From NCBI GenBank assembly GCA_035626815.1, contig DASPMY010000030.1, positions 1,903 through 65,902 on the forward strand: 64,000 nt of DNA, read 5' to 3'. Positions within the stretch are counted from its first letter, which is position 1. Each line of letters starts with the position of its first letter. Below are positions 28,951-38,603 of this stretch, piece by piece. A model generated the notes under the pieces. The model saw only the letters and a program-made list of their open reading frames with translations, ran no database searches and was not told the DNA's origin. The translations under genes and the position numbers were made by a program. The DNA is from Croceibacterium sp. (GTDB lineage Bacteria; Pseudomonadota; Alphaproteobacteria; Sphingomonadales; Sphingomonadaceae).

Positions 28951-29712
28951 CTAGGCCTTCTGCCCGCCGAACCCGGTGCGCGCCGGCGGCCGGGTGGCGG
29001 CGTCGAGCCGGATCACGTCGCCGTTCAGGAGCGGGTTCTCGATGATGAACATCGCCAGCCGGGCAAACTCCTCGGGGCGCCCTTCGCGGCGCGGGAACTG
29101 CGCGTCCTGCAGCAGCTCGTCGACGATCGCGCGCGGCACGCTGCTGACCATCGGCGTGGTCATGAAGCCCGGCGCGATGCCCATCACGCGGATGGCATGG
29201 CTCGCAAGATCGCGGCACCACACCAGGATCAGCGAGGCGAGCGCCGCCTTGGAGGCGGTGTAGGCCGTCATCGACGCCTGCCCGCCGAAGCTGGCGATCG
29301 AGCAGGCGTTGACGATCACCCCGCGCTCGCCGTCCTCGCCCGACGGCGCGTTGGCGATCATCCGGTGGGCGAAGTGGGCGGTGACGTTGATGGCCCCGAG
29401 CAGGTTGACGTCGATCACCTTGCGGATCGCCGCCACGTCGCCCGGCCCGTCGGCCGTGGCGATCGGCCCGAGGCCGCCGATGCCGGCGCAGTTGACGAGG
29501 ATGTGCACCGGCCCGTCGACCGCCTGCAGCGCGTCGGCGACCGACTGCGGGTCGGCCACGTCGCCATGGACGCAGCGCGCGCCCGCGGGCGGCGTGCCGG
29601 CGAGGTCGAGGGTGACGACCTCGGCGCCTGCCGCGAGCAGCGCTTGCGCGGTCGCCGCGCCGAGCCCCGAATTGCCGCCGGTGACGACCGCGACCTTGCC
29701 TGCCGGATTCAA
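28951..29712 (-). CDS. Short-chain dehydrogenase/reductase
   Basis: 'VAVVTGGNSGLG', 'NCAG' and a 'YTASKAA' catalytic motif. Confidence 0.9.
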   Translation of the reverse strand: MNPAGKVAVVTGGNSGLGAATAQALLAAGAEVVTLDLAGTPPAGARCVHGDVADPQSVADALQAVDGPVHILVNCAGIGGLGPIATADGPGDVAAIRKVIDVNLLGAINVTAHFAHRMIANAPSGEDGERGVIVNACSIASFGGQASMTAYTASKAALASLILVWCRDLASHAIRVMGIAPGFMTTPMVSSVPRAIVDELLQDAQFPRREGRPEEFARLAMFIIENPLLNGDVIRLDAATRPPARTGFGGQKA

Positions 29713-29890
29713 ACGTCTCTCCCGTCGCCGAGTCCCGCGACTTTAACGGTCGTTACTTTTGGGCTAGCGCCGGGCCAAGTCAAGCAAGGGAGAGCGACTT
29801 GGCGACACGCGAAGGGGCGCCGGCCGCGGGTGAGTGGCGTGCATGAACCAGGTACGGCCCATCGTCCGCCCGCTTGCGGGTAAGGAGTCG

Positions 29891-31090
29891 ATGAACCCCG
29901 TCCGCCGCACGGCCTCGCTCGTCCTCATCGCGCTGGTGTTCGTCATGGAGGGCTACGACCTCATGGCGATGTCGCTCGCGGCGCCGCGACTGGAGCCGCT
30001 CGGCCTCGATCCGGCGCAGTTCGGCTGGGTCTACACCGCGATGCTGGTCGGGATCGGCCTCGGTGGCGCGGTGCTGGCTCCGTTCGGCGACCGAATCGGC
30101 CGGCGGCCGCTGATCGTGTTCGGCTGCATCGCCGTGGCGGCGCTGACGCTCGCCACCACGCTCGCCACCACCCTCCCGCAATTCCTCGCCTGGCGCCTGC
30201 TCACCGGGATGGCCTTCGGCGCCTGCCTGCCCAACTGCAGCGCGCTGTCCGCCGAGCTCGCGCCGGAGCGCATTCGCGCGACCGTGATGGCGCTGGTCTC
30301 CGCGGGAATCCCGCTCGGGCTGGCGGCGGCCGGGCTGTTCGCGCCCGAGGTGGTCGCGATCGGCGGCTGGCAGGCGCTGTTCGTCGTCCCGGGCCTGTTC
30401 GCCGCGCTGCTCGGGGTGGTGCTGTGGCCGGTCCTGCCCGGCGAAGCCGCGCGCTCCGAACGAGCCCCGCGGGCATCGCGCCTGCCCCAGCTCGAGCTGT
30501 TCCGCGCGCCGTGGCGGGTGCCGTTCGCGGTGGTCGCGACGCTGCTCTCGTTGAACGCGATGAACCTCTACCTGCTCAACTCGTGGCTGCCGACCGTGCT
30601 GCCGAGGGCCGGCTTCTCGCTCGACGACGCGGCGCGGATCGCGGGGGTGGTGCAGCTCGCCGGGCTGGCGATCGGCGTCGTGGCCAGCGTGCTCATCGAC
30701 CGCTGGCGGCCGGGCGCGACGATGATCGGCCTGTTCGCGCTGATGGCCGCCTGCTTCGCTGCGATCGGCGCGATCGCGCCCGGCGCTGGCTGGATCGCAT
30801 TGCTGATGGTCGGGGTCGGCGGCGCCTCGGCCGCCAGCATGGCCCTGCCCGCGCTGTGCGCCTACCTGTTCCCGCCGCGGCTGCTGTCCTCGGCGGTTGG
30901 CATGGGGGTGATGGTCGCGCGGCTCGGCGCTTTCGCCGGGCCGCCGCTCGGCCAGGCGATGCTCGACGTCGACGTCGCGCCGCAGATGTTCCTCGCTTCC
31001 GCCGCGCTGCCGGCCGGGATCGCCGCGTTGATCGGCCTCGCCATCCCCGTTGCGCTCGCGGTGCTCCGCCGGCAGGAAGCCACGGCCTAG
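29891..31090 (+). CDS. MFS transporter (aromatic acid:H+ symporter-like)
   Basis: About 12 TM segments. The start has an AAGGAG RBS. 'GDRIGRRPL' is the MFS loop 2-3 motif. Confidence 0.8.
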   Translation: MNPVRRTASLVLIALVFVMEGYDLMAMSLAAPRLEPLGLDPAQFGWVYTAMLVGIGLGGAVLAPFGDRIGRRPLIVFGCIAVAALTLATTLATTLPQFLAWRLLTGMAFGACLPNCSALSAELAPERIRATVMALVSAGIPLGLAAAGLFAPEVVAIGGWQALFVVPGLFAALLGVVLWPVLPGEAARSERAPRASRLPQLELFRAPWRVPFAVVATLLSLNAMNLYLLNSWLPTVLPRAGFSLDDAARIAGVVQLAGLAIGVVASVLIDRWRPGATMIGLFALMAACFAAIGAIAPGAGWIALLMVGVGGASAASMALPALCAYLFPPRLLSSAVGMGVMVARLGAFAGPPLGQAMLDVDVAPQMFLASAALPAGIAALIGLAIPVALAVLRRQEATA

Positions 31091-32196
31091 TTCACGCCGG
31101 CGACTTGCTCGCTCTTGCGCCGCGCCGTCATCGGCAATCCCTCAGGCGAAGTGCCTCTGAATCCGGTGACGTTTCCGGCATCGTCGAGCTCGAACCGGAA
31201 AGTGCCGTTGCCGATCGGAGTGACCGACACATAGTTGAGCGGATCCGCCGCTCTGACGGGCATGAAAAACGGCTGGGGCGGATCGACCCGCATGAACAGC
31301 CGCTCGCCGCGCCGCTCGAACGTGAACTCGATCGGCGCGTGCTCGAGCGCATATTTTCCGGCCACGCGGTCGAGTTCCGCGGCCGCCAGCTTTAGGGACG
31401 GCGGGAGCGGCACGACCGGCGCGACCTCGTCGAGAGCGGCGATGGTCGGCAGGCCGTTCTCGAGGACGATCCTGTTGTTGAGCGACACGTCGCCTTCGTG
31501 CACCAGCCGGTCGATCACCGGGTGACGCAGGTAGACCATGTGGACGACCCACGGCCGCTCGAGCGTCTCGGGGTCGGTGATCGTGATGTCCGACTCCAGC
31601 CGATCCGGCCCGGTCATGTGCAGGCGCTCGATGAAGTGGGCGTTCTCGGACAGCGGCGGCCCGTCGGTAGAGTAATCGGGCGAATACTCCACGCTGACGG
31701 TGTCGATGACCAGGGTGTCACCCTCCCAGCAGCCGATCGAATCCCCCCACAGCGTCGGCCACCGTTCGTCCTCGGGCAAATGGGGCCGCCCGTCGGTGAA
31801 GATGTAGCGGACCTCACGGTATTCGCCGATCACGACGGTCTTCGTCGGCGACACGACGATGGTGAACGGCGATGGTGCGCTCATGACCAGCGGAAAGCTG
31901 AAGCCATGACCGCCGGTGTTGCCGGCAACACGGCCCATGCCTTCCTGCAGCCGCTCCCAGCCGGCCTCGTTCCAGGGGGCGTGGATTCCGAGCAGCTTGA
32001 GCCCGAGGAAAATCGGCGGAGCGCCAGGGATATCCCGGCCATTGAGACCCGCCTGGACGCCCTCGGCCATCCACACGCCTTCCCACGCGGCCACTCGGGC
32101 CAGGTCGGGTTGACAGCGCGGGGCTTCCGCTTGGCCCGCGGCCGCCGTGGACCAGAGCAGGGCCGCCGGGATCGCCAGGCCGGCGAGCCGCGTCAC
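31087..32196 (-). CDS. Exported hypothetical protein (paralog of 35200..36249)
   Basis: GTG start in a GTGA overlap with the upstream gene. Signal peptide 'LAIPAALLWSTAAAGQA'. It shares the 'W(E/D)GDTLVI(D/E)T' motif with its paralog. Confidence 0.6.
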   Translation of the reverse strand: MTRLAGLAIPAALLWSTAAAGQAEAPRCQPDLARVAAWEGVWMAEGVQAGLNGRDIPGAPPIFLGLKLLGIHAPWNEAGWERLQEGMGRVAGNTGGHGFSFPLVMSAPSPFTIVVSPTKTVVIGEYREVRYIFTDGRPHLPEDERWPTLWGDSIGCWEGDTLVIDTVSVEYSPDYSTDGPPLSENAHFIERLHMTGPDRLESDITITDPETLERPWVVHMVYLRHPVIDRLVHEGDVSLNNRIVLENGLPTIAALDEVAPVVPLPPSLKLAAAELDRVAGKYALEHAPIEFTFERRGERLFMRVDPPQPFFMPVRAADPLNYVSVTPIGNGTFRFELDDAGNVTGFRGTSPEGLPMTARRKSEQVAGVN

Positions 32197-32561
32197 GAGC
32201 GCTGCTCCACCGGTCGCCCGTTGATGCTCCTCAGCGTATGGAGTTCGCCGCCCCTGTTGCCGTTGCGAAGCGGCGCAATCGTCAGCGTGATCCTGTCGCC
32301 GGGCTTCAGGGTATTCTTGCCCCAGCCGCGCTCCCGCAGCGAGTGCGGCGGGCCCATTTCCACGCTCCATTCCTCGGCCTGCCCGGTGCGCCCGGCGACC
32401 GTCAGCTGGATGTAGCAATGGGGGTTGGTGAACTGGAACTCGCGCACGGTTCCGGTCAACTCGACCGGGGCCTGCACGTTGAACATCGCGCGCGAGTGGT
32501 GCGCTTCGGCGGCCGGGGCAGCGACCAGCAAGGCTGCGCCCAGAAGGAATTTCAAGTCCAT
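32193..32561 (-). CDS. Small exported protein (DUF6152-like, mature N-terminus 'HHS')
   Basis: Signal peptide followed by 'AHHSRAMF'. 122 aa. Translationally coupled to the downstream gene. Confidence 0.55.
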   Translation of the reverse strand: MDLKFLLGAALLVAAPAAEAHHSRAMFNVQAPVELTGTVREFQFTNPHCYIQLTVAGRTGQAEEWSVEMGPPHSLRERGWGKNTLKPGDRITLTIAPLRNGNRGGELHTLRSINGRPVEQRS

Positions 32562-32650
32562 CGACCCCCCCAGGAAGACGACTCGCGACCCGCACCCAGG
32601 TTTTTATAAAGGCGGTCGGGCCTCTGCAAGCAATCGCGCGACGGCGTGCC

Positions 32651-33079
32651 TCACGGCCTGAAGTCGAGCCCGCCGACGCGCTCGGCGAAGCGCCAGCCGT
32701 CGGCGGTGCGCAGCAACCGGTCGGTGAAGGTGCCGACCAGCGGCGAGTTGGCGCTCATCGCCGGCAGCTCGCCCGCTGGCGCCGGGTCGCCCTGGTAGAG
32801 CAGGATCGCGCAGAACGCCCGCGCATGGTCGGCATCCTCGACCTCGACCACCACGTTGGCGATCAGGTGCCGCTGCACGCGCGGCGGACGGGCGCGGAAG
32901 CCGGCGAGGATCGCCTCGCGCCCGACGATCGGCTCGCCGCCGCTCGGCCGCCGGAACACGGCGTCCTCGGTGTAGAGCGCGGCCACCGCCGGCCAGTCCT
33001 GCGCATCGTTCAGGTTGACGTAGCGCTTGATCAGCCGCTCGCAGTCGGCCTCGATCGCGCGGCGCTCGTCCTCGGTCAC
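32651..33079 (-). CDS. NTF2/SnoaL-like domain protein
   Basis: GTG start in a GTGA overlap with the marR stop. 'IKRYVNLNDAQDWPAVAALYTEDAVF' motif. Confidence 0.6.
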   Translation of the reverse strand: MTEDERRAIEADCERLIKRYVNLNDAQDWPAVAALYTEDAVFRRPSGGEPIVGREAILAGFRARPPRVQRHLIANVVVEVEDADHARAFCAILLYQGDPAPAGELPAMSANSPLVGTFTDRLLRTADGWRFAERVGGLDFRP

Positions 33080-33618
33080 GGCCCGGAGTCCGGCTTCGTC
33101 CGCTCGAGGAACAGCGAGCGGCCGGCCTCGTCGCTCGCCTCGAGCGTGGCGATCAGCCGCGTCAGGATCGAGCCGAGCTGGGCGGTCTCGTCGTCCGTCA
33201 GGTCGGAGAACAGGTAGTCGGCGACCCGCTCGCTCTGCGGCCGCATGATTGCGTAGAGCCGCCGGCCCTCGTCGGTCAGGCTGAGCCACTTGCGGCGGCG
33301 GTTGCCCGGGTCGGGCTGGACCTCGATCCGCCCGTGCCGCTCGAGCGTCGCCACGGCGCGGCTGACGCTCATCACGTTGACCCCGGTCAGCTCGGCGAGC
33401 TCGTGGCTGGCGGTGCGGCCGAGCGCGCCGATCGTCATCAGCAGGCGGAACTCGTTGAGGCTGATCTTGTAGCGGTGCGCGAGGTGGGTCGAGAACGGCG
33501 CCATCAGCCGGTTGGTCAGCTTCAGCAGCTGGTGCAGCATCGCCGCCTTGTCGCCGCTGGCGTTGTCGTTTCCGGTGCGCTTGAGCACTCGGCCACCCCC
33601 TCGATTGAGCGCGCGCAA
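33076..33618 (-). CDS. MarR-family transcriptional regulator
   Basis: Winged-HTH 'HELAELTGVNVMSVSRAVATLERHGRIEVQPDPGNRRRKWLSLTDEG'. The start is uncertain (33618 or an internal ATG near 33540). Confidence 0.85.
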   Translation of the reverse strand: MRALNRGGGRVLKRTGNDNASGDKAAMLHQLLKLTNRLMAPFSTHLAHRYKISLNEFRLLMTIGALGRTASHELAELTGVNVMSVSRAVATLERHGRIEVQPDPGNRRRKWLSLTDEGRRLYAIMRPQSERVADYLFSDLTDDETAQLGSILTRLIATLEASDEAGRSLFLERTKPDSGP

Positions 33619-33683
33619 ACCGGCGCCTGCTTGGCTTCGATTATAACAGTCGTTAGCGTTTAGCCACAGAATCAGAGGATGCC

Positions 33684-35168
33684 ATGACCGCCTTTCCGCA
33701 GACCATCCACTTCATCGGCAGCAACACCCCGCGGCGCGTCGAGCTGTCGGTCCGCAACCTCGCGGTCGAGGGCGAGATCCCGGCCGAGATCGACGGCGCG
33801 TTCTTCCGCGCGGTGCCCGACAACGCCCACGCGCCGATGTTCGACGACGACATCGCGCTCAACGCCGACGGGATGATCGCGCGCTTCAACTTCGAAAACG
33901 GGGCGGTCGACTACGACATCCGCTACGTCGAGACTGAGCGCTACCTCGCCGAGAAGAAGGCCCGCCGCGCGCTGTTCGGCCGCTACCGCAACCCGTTCAC
34001 CGACGATCCCTCGGTCGCCGGCTTCGACCGCACCGTCGCCAACACCACGCCGGTGTGGCACGCCGGCCGGCTGTTCATGACCAAGGAGGACGGCCGCGCC
34101 TACGAGATCGACCCGCATACCCTCGCCACGCGGGGCAAGTGGGACTGGTACGGCGCGCTCAGGAGCGAGACCTTCACCGCCCACCCGCGCCTCGACCCGG
34201 TCACCGGCGAGCTGTTCTTCTTCGGCTACGAGGCGGGCGGTCTGTGCAGCCTCGACATCGCTTACGGCATCGCCGACGCCGACGGCAACCTCGTCTCCGA
34301 GCAGTGGTTCCGGCAGCCGTACTGCGCGACGATCCACGACTTCGTGATCACGCAGAAATACGCGATCTGGCCGATCTTCCCGACCACCGCCGACCTCGAC
34401 CGGCTCAAGGCGGGCGGCCACCACTGGGCGCACCAGCAGGAGCTCGAAAGCTGGCTGGCGATCATGCCGCGCTACGGCTCGGTCGACGAGATGCGTTGGA
34501 TCAAGGGCCCGGCCGGCATCTCGGCGTTCCACGAGGTCAACGCCTACGACGACGGCGACCTGGTCCACATCGACTTGTGCCTGACCGACACCAACGCCTT
34601 CCCGTTCATGCGCGAGGCGGGCGGCATCCACCGCGACCAGCAGAGCCTGCAGGGGGCGCTGACCCGCTGGACGATCGACATGAGCAAGGCCGAACCGACG
34701 ATCGAGGAGCGCCCGCTCGGCCCTCCGGGCGACTTGCCGCGCCTCGCCGACGCCGACCAGGGCCGGCCCTACAATCGCGCCTGGTACCTGAGCATGAACC
34801 CGCACGGCGGGCCGCCGATGCCGGGCGGGCCGGTGGGCGTCAACTTCAACGCGCTGATGCGCATCGAGCCCGGCAACGGGCGCCTCGGCGTGATGGGCGT
34901 CCCGCCGGGGGCGGCGATCAGCGAGCCGGTTCATGTGCCCGCGCAGGACCCCGCGCACGGCGGCTGGCTGATGATGGTGGTTGACGTCCCCAACGGGCCC
35001 CCGGGCCAATCGGCGCCGCATGACTATTCGTCCGAGCTGTGGATCGTCGAGGCCGACGCGGTCGAGCAAGGCCCCATCGCGCGCGTCCGGACCGGTCTCG
35101 CGCTGCGCAGCCAGGTCCACGGCTGCTGGGTCAGCCGGGCCAAGCTGGACGCGAGCCGGCGGAGGTAG
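33684..35168 (+). CDS. Carotenoid cleavage oxygenase family protein (lignostilbene dioxygenase-like), second copy
   Basis: 494 aa. 'NTTPVWHAGRLFMTKEDG', 'FTAHPRLDPVTGELFFFGY', 'IHDFVIT'. Confidence 0.9.
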   Translation: MTAFPQTIHFIGSNTPRRVELSVRNLAVEGEIPAEIDGAFFRAVPDNAHAPMFDDDIALNADGMIARFNFENGAVDYDIRYVETERYLAEKKARRALFGRYRNPFTDDPSVAGFDRTVANTTPVWHAGRLFMTKEDGRAYEIDPHTLATRGKWDWYGALRSETFTAHPRLDPVTGELFFFGYEAGGLCSLDIAYGIADADGNLVSEQWFRQPYCATIHDFVITQKYAIWPIFPTTADLDRLKAGGHHWAHQQELESWLAIMPRYGSVDEMRWIKGPAGISAFHEVNAYDDGDLVHIDLCLTDTNAFPFMREAGGIHRDQQSLQGALTRWTIDMSKAEPTIEERPLGPPGDLPRLADADQGRPYNRAWYLSMNPHGGPPMPGGPVGVNFNALMRIEPGNGRLGVMGVPPGAAISEPVHVPAQDPAHGGWLMMVVDVPNGPPGQSAPHDYSSELWIVEADAVEQGPIARVRTGLALRSQVHGCWVSRAKLDASRRR

Positions 35169-35199
35169 CATACTCCGTTCAAAATACGGGGAGAGTGTC

Positions 35200-36249
35200 A
35201 TGAAGTTCTCGCGCATTGCCGTTGCGCTTGCGGCGCCCTTGCTGTTCGCCGCGCCGGCGCTCGCCAAGGACCCGGTTCCGTCCGCCAAGGACTATCCCGC
35301 GCCACCCGCCGGGTGGCAGGTGCCGCGCACCGCGTGGGGCGACCCGGATCTGCGCGGCATGTGGCCGGTCGACTACCTCGCCGGCACCCCGCGCGAGCGG
35401 TCGGCCGAGCTCGGCGACCGCCGCGAGTGGACCGAGGAGGAATACCAGCAGCGCTTCGCCGCGGCCGAGGAAGGCGCCACGCTGATCGACAAGCAGGACA
35501 AGGTCGGCATCCTCGGCATGGGCCACTGGACCGAGCGCGGCCGGCCGCTGTGGCAGACCTCGCTGATCGTCCAGCCGGCCAACGGCCGCGTGCCGGCGCT
35601 GACCGAGGAAGGCCGCCGCGCCCAGGCCGCGGTCAAGACCTCGTGGAACACCGAGGTGTTCGATTCGCTCGGCGATTTCGGCATCTGGGACCGCTGCCTG
35701 ACGCGCGGCCTGCCCGGCTCGCTGATGCCCGGCGCCTACAACATGGGCATCCGCATCATGCAGAGCCCCGGGCTGGTGGTGATCCCGATCGAGATGGTCC
35801 ACGAGACGCGCTTCGTCTATCTCGACGGGCGCGCGGCGCCGCCGCCCGAAGTGCAGCAGTACCTCGGCTTCTCGCGCGGCCACTGGGACGGCGACACGCT
35901 AGTCATCGAGACGACCAACTTCACCCCGGGCATGAGCAACGGCGCCTCGCCCAACAGCGCGCAGATGAAGCTGACCGAGCGGCTGACCCCGACCGGCCCC
36001 GACCAGATCCGCTACGAAGCATGGATCGAGGATCCGGTGATGCTGACCGCGCCGTACAAGATCGACATGCCGTGGCGGCGCAACCCGAACTACGAGTTCT
36101 ACGAATACGCCTGCCACGAAGGCAACGTGCAGATTCGCGGCTACATCACCGCGACTTCCCCGCGCTTCCAGCATCTGCGCGAGGAGCAGTGGGCCGAGCA
36201 GGGCGAGAAGCCGACGCCGGCGGAGCCGGGGCCGGGCGGCCAGCGGTAG
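35200..36249 (+). CDS. Exported hypothetical protein (paralog of 31087..32196)
   Basis: ATG preceded by GGGGAGAG. Signal peptide 'IAVALAAPLLFAAPALA'. 'HWDGDTLVIETTNF' motif. Confidence 0.6.
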   Translation: MKFSRIAVALAAPLLFAAPALAKDPVPSAKDYPAPPAGWQVPRTAWGDPDLRGMWPVDYLAGTPRERSAELGDRREWTEEEYQQRFAAAEEGATLIDKQDKVGILGMGHWTERGRPLWQTSLIVQPANGRVPALTEEGRRAQAAVKTSWNTEVFDSLGDFGIWDRCLTRGLPGSLMPGAYNMGIRIMQSPGLVVIPIEMVHETRFVYLDGRAAPPPEVQQYLGFSRGHWDGDTLVIETTNFTPGMSNGASPNSAQMKLTERLTPTGPDQIRYEAWIEDPVMLTAPYKIDMPWRRNPNYEFYEYACHEGNVQIRGYITATSPRFQHLREEQWAEQGEKPTPAEPGPGGQR

Positions 36250-36338
36250 CCGCGGCCGCGTTGCCGGCCCCGGGCGGGAAACCCGCGACCGGCTGAGGCG
36301 TCTCCTCGCTGTCCCCTGGGCAGCACGAGGAGCGAGCG

Positions 36339-37115
36339 ATGACCGGCCGGATCGAACGCTGGCGCACCTTGAGGCAACTCGACGCGTGGCTGCGCACGCC
36401 GATGCTGCTGTTGAGCCTCGTATGGCTGGCGCTCGTCGTGATCGAGCTCACCGCGGGGGCCGACACGCTGCTGTCGACCATCGGCACGGCGATCTGGGTC
36501 GCGTTCATCGTCGAGTTCGTCGTGCGCTTTGCGCTGGCCCCCGAGAAGCGCCCGTTCCTCAAGCGCAACTGGCTGACGGTCATCGCGCTGGTTGTCCCGG
36601 CTTTCCGCCTGCTCCGGGCCTTCGCCGTGTTCCGGGCCGCCGGCGCGTTGCGCGGGCTGCGCCTCGTCAAGATAGTCGGCACCGCCAACCGCAGCATGAA
36701 CGCGCTGAGGGTGACGCTGCGCCGCCGCCAGTTCGGCTATGTCGGCGGCCTGACGCTGCTCGTGATGGCGCTCGGCGCCGCCGGAATGCTGAGCTTCGAG
36801 CCGGCCGCCGAGGTCCGCGGCGGCTTCGCCAGCTACTGGGACGCGCTGTGGTGGACCGGCATGCTGTTGACCACGATCGGCAGCCAGTTCTGGCCGGTGA
36901 CCAGCGAAGGGCGCATCCTCGCCTTCCTGCTGTCGCTCTACGGGCTGGCGGTGCTCGGCTATCTGACCGCGACGTTCGCCAGCTTCTTCATCGGGCGCGA
37001 TGCCGAAAAGGCCGACGGCCCGGTGGCCGGCGCCGCCGAGCTGGCGGCGCTGCGCAAGGAGATCGAGATGCTGCGCCTGGCCGTCGCCGGCGACGGCCAG
37101 GCGGCAGCGGGTTGA
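36339..37115 (+). CDS. Voltage-sensor-containing ion channel family protein with a non-canonical pore sequence
   Basis: S4-like 'RLLRAFAVFRAAGALRGLRLVKIV'. Pore-helix 'YWDALWWTGMLLTTIGSQFWP' occupies the place of the T(V/I)GYG filter. Confidence 0.65.
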   Translation: MTGRIERWRTLRQLDAWLRTPMLLLSLVWLALVVIELTAGADTLLSTIGTAIWVAFIVEFVVRFALAPEKRPFLKRNWLTVIALVVPAFRLLRAFAVFRAAGALRGLRLVKIVGTANRSMNALRVTLRRRQFGYVGGLTLLVMALGAAGMLSFEPAAEVRGGFASYWDALWWTGMLLTTIGSQFWPVTSEGRILAFLLSLYGLAVLGYLTATFASFFIGRDAEKADGPVAGAAELAALRKEIEMLRLAVAGDGQAAAG

Positions 37116-37118
37116 CCG

Positions 37119-37631
37119 TCAGGCCGCGTCGGCCGGGGCCTTCCTGGTCAGCGCGTTGGCGAGCATCTCGGAGACGTAGCCGAACACCGCGCCGATGATC
37201 ACCGACAGGGCGACCGGCACGATCGCCTCGGTCGGGTCGCCGTCGTAGAGCGGCAGCGCGCCGGCGATCGAGGCGAAGCCGTAGACGCTGGCCGGGATCG
37301 TCGCCAGCAGCGGGATCTTGCTCGACAGGCAGATCAGCGCCGCGCCGAGGCCGACGGCGATGCCGAACGCGATCGGCGCGTCGAGCGAGCCGAGCGGACC
37401 GGTCGCCAGCAGCACCGCGGCGAGGCCGACGAGCGCGCCCCAGATCATGCACACCACCGCGGTGGTCGAGCCCTTGATGCCGCCGCCCGAGTGGAAGTGG
37501 CAGCCCCAGGCGATGAACGAGACCCAGATCAGGCCGGCGAGGATCGTCGAGTTGAGCGGCCCGATGTAGAGCCAGGTGTCGAGGACGGCGAGCAAGCCGA
37601 CCGAGGTGGCGAGCGCAAACAGTGCAGGCAT
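37119..37631 (-). CDS. Polytopic inner-membrane protein (DUF1097/YcdZ-like)
   Basis: 170 aa, 4-5 TM helices. The family assignment is from memory only. Confidence 0.5.
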   Translation of the reverse strand: MPALFALATSVGLLAVLDTWLYIGPLNSTILAGLIWVSFIAWGCHFHSGGGIKGSTTAVVCMIWGALVGLAAVLLATGPLGSLDAPIAFGIAVGLGAALICLSSKIPLLATIPASVYGFASIAGALPLYDGDPTEAIVPVALSVIIGAVFGYVSEMLANALTRKAPADAA

Positions 37632-37804
37632 GTGACAACTCCCCCAAACGTTATCGTTTTTGTCGAGGCGGCCCGGTCATGCCCGTCCGCAAGGAAAAGC
37701 TAACCATCTCCGTTCGCCGCGTCCAGCCGCCGGGGCGCGCCCATCCACGCTTGCGCACGGCCTTGGGCGGCGGCACTCTCCGGGCCGGCAACGGGAGGAT
37801 GGAC

Positions 37805-38389
37805 ATGGTGCGCAACTGGTTGGCCGCGGCGGCGGCGGTGGGTGGGATCGCGCTCGGCGCGCTGGCGGGGCCGCATGTGCCCGGCCTGGCGGCCGAGGGC
37901 GCCGCGGCGGGCGACGGCGCGCTGGCGGACCGCATCGCCATCGAGGACATGGTCACGCGCTACTACGGCAACTTCGGCAAGCCGGACGCGGCCGAGGACT
38001 TCGGCGCGTTCTACACCGAGGACGCGGTGTTCGACGTCAACGGCATCGTCTCGACCGGCCGCGAGGCGATCGAGGCGTTCTACACCGACACCGGCGACGA
38101 CGCGGAGGCCCCGGCGGCGCAAGGCACCTTCCACATGATGATCAGCAACCCGGTGATCGACGTGAACGGCGACACCGCGACCGCCGAGTTCATGTGGACC
38201 GGGGTGATGAACCAGACCATCGACGGCCGCCCGGTGCTGTGGGAGCAGGGCCGCGAGTACGACCGGCTGGTCAAGCAGGACGGCGCGTGGCGCATCCAGA
38301 AGCGCGTGGTGATCGCCGACAGCGGCCTGCCCGAGCGCTACAAGGCGACCTACCAGCCGCGGCGGGATTACGACATCGCCGGCGAATAG
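37805..38389 (+). CDS. Exported NTF2/SnoaL-like domain protein
   Basis: Signal-like 'WLAAAAAVGGIALGALAG', then 'IEDMVTRYYGNFGK...FYTEDAVFDVNG'. The start is either 37799 or 37805. Confidence 0.6.
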   Translation: MVRNWLAAAAAVGGIALGALAGPHVPGLAAEGAAAGDGALADRIAIEDMVTRYYGNFGKPDAAEDFGAFYTEDAVFDVNGIVSTGREAIEAFYTDTGDDAEAPAAQGTFHMMISNPVIDVNGDTATAEFMWTGVMNQTIDGRPVLWEQGREYDRLVKQDGAWRIQKRVVIADSGLPERYKATYQPRRDYDIAGE

Positions 38390-38394
38390 CCCGG

Positions 38395-38420
38395 TGTCCG
38401 CTTTGGGCGGTAGGCGGACA
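38395..38420. repeat. Short REP hairpin 'gtccgc-N12-gcggac'
   Basis: 'gtgtccgctttgggcggtaggcggacat' lies directly after the stop at 38389. Degenerate relatives are at ~10320 and ~10790. Confidence 0.55.
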
Positions 38421-38603
38421 TTCAGCCGGGCAGCCGTGAACCGGAGCGACCGGGCGAGACGGACAGATCGATCGACAGACTTGGCGAGCCGGGCTGCTCA
38501 TCATCGAAACTGTCCCACCATTGCTCGCCCCACTTCCGAGAGACTCGACGCCGGCATGGTCTAATGGATACTAGCGCGACGTGAGTTCCCACGGGGGGGA
38601 TTC

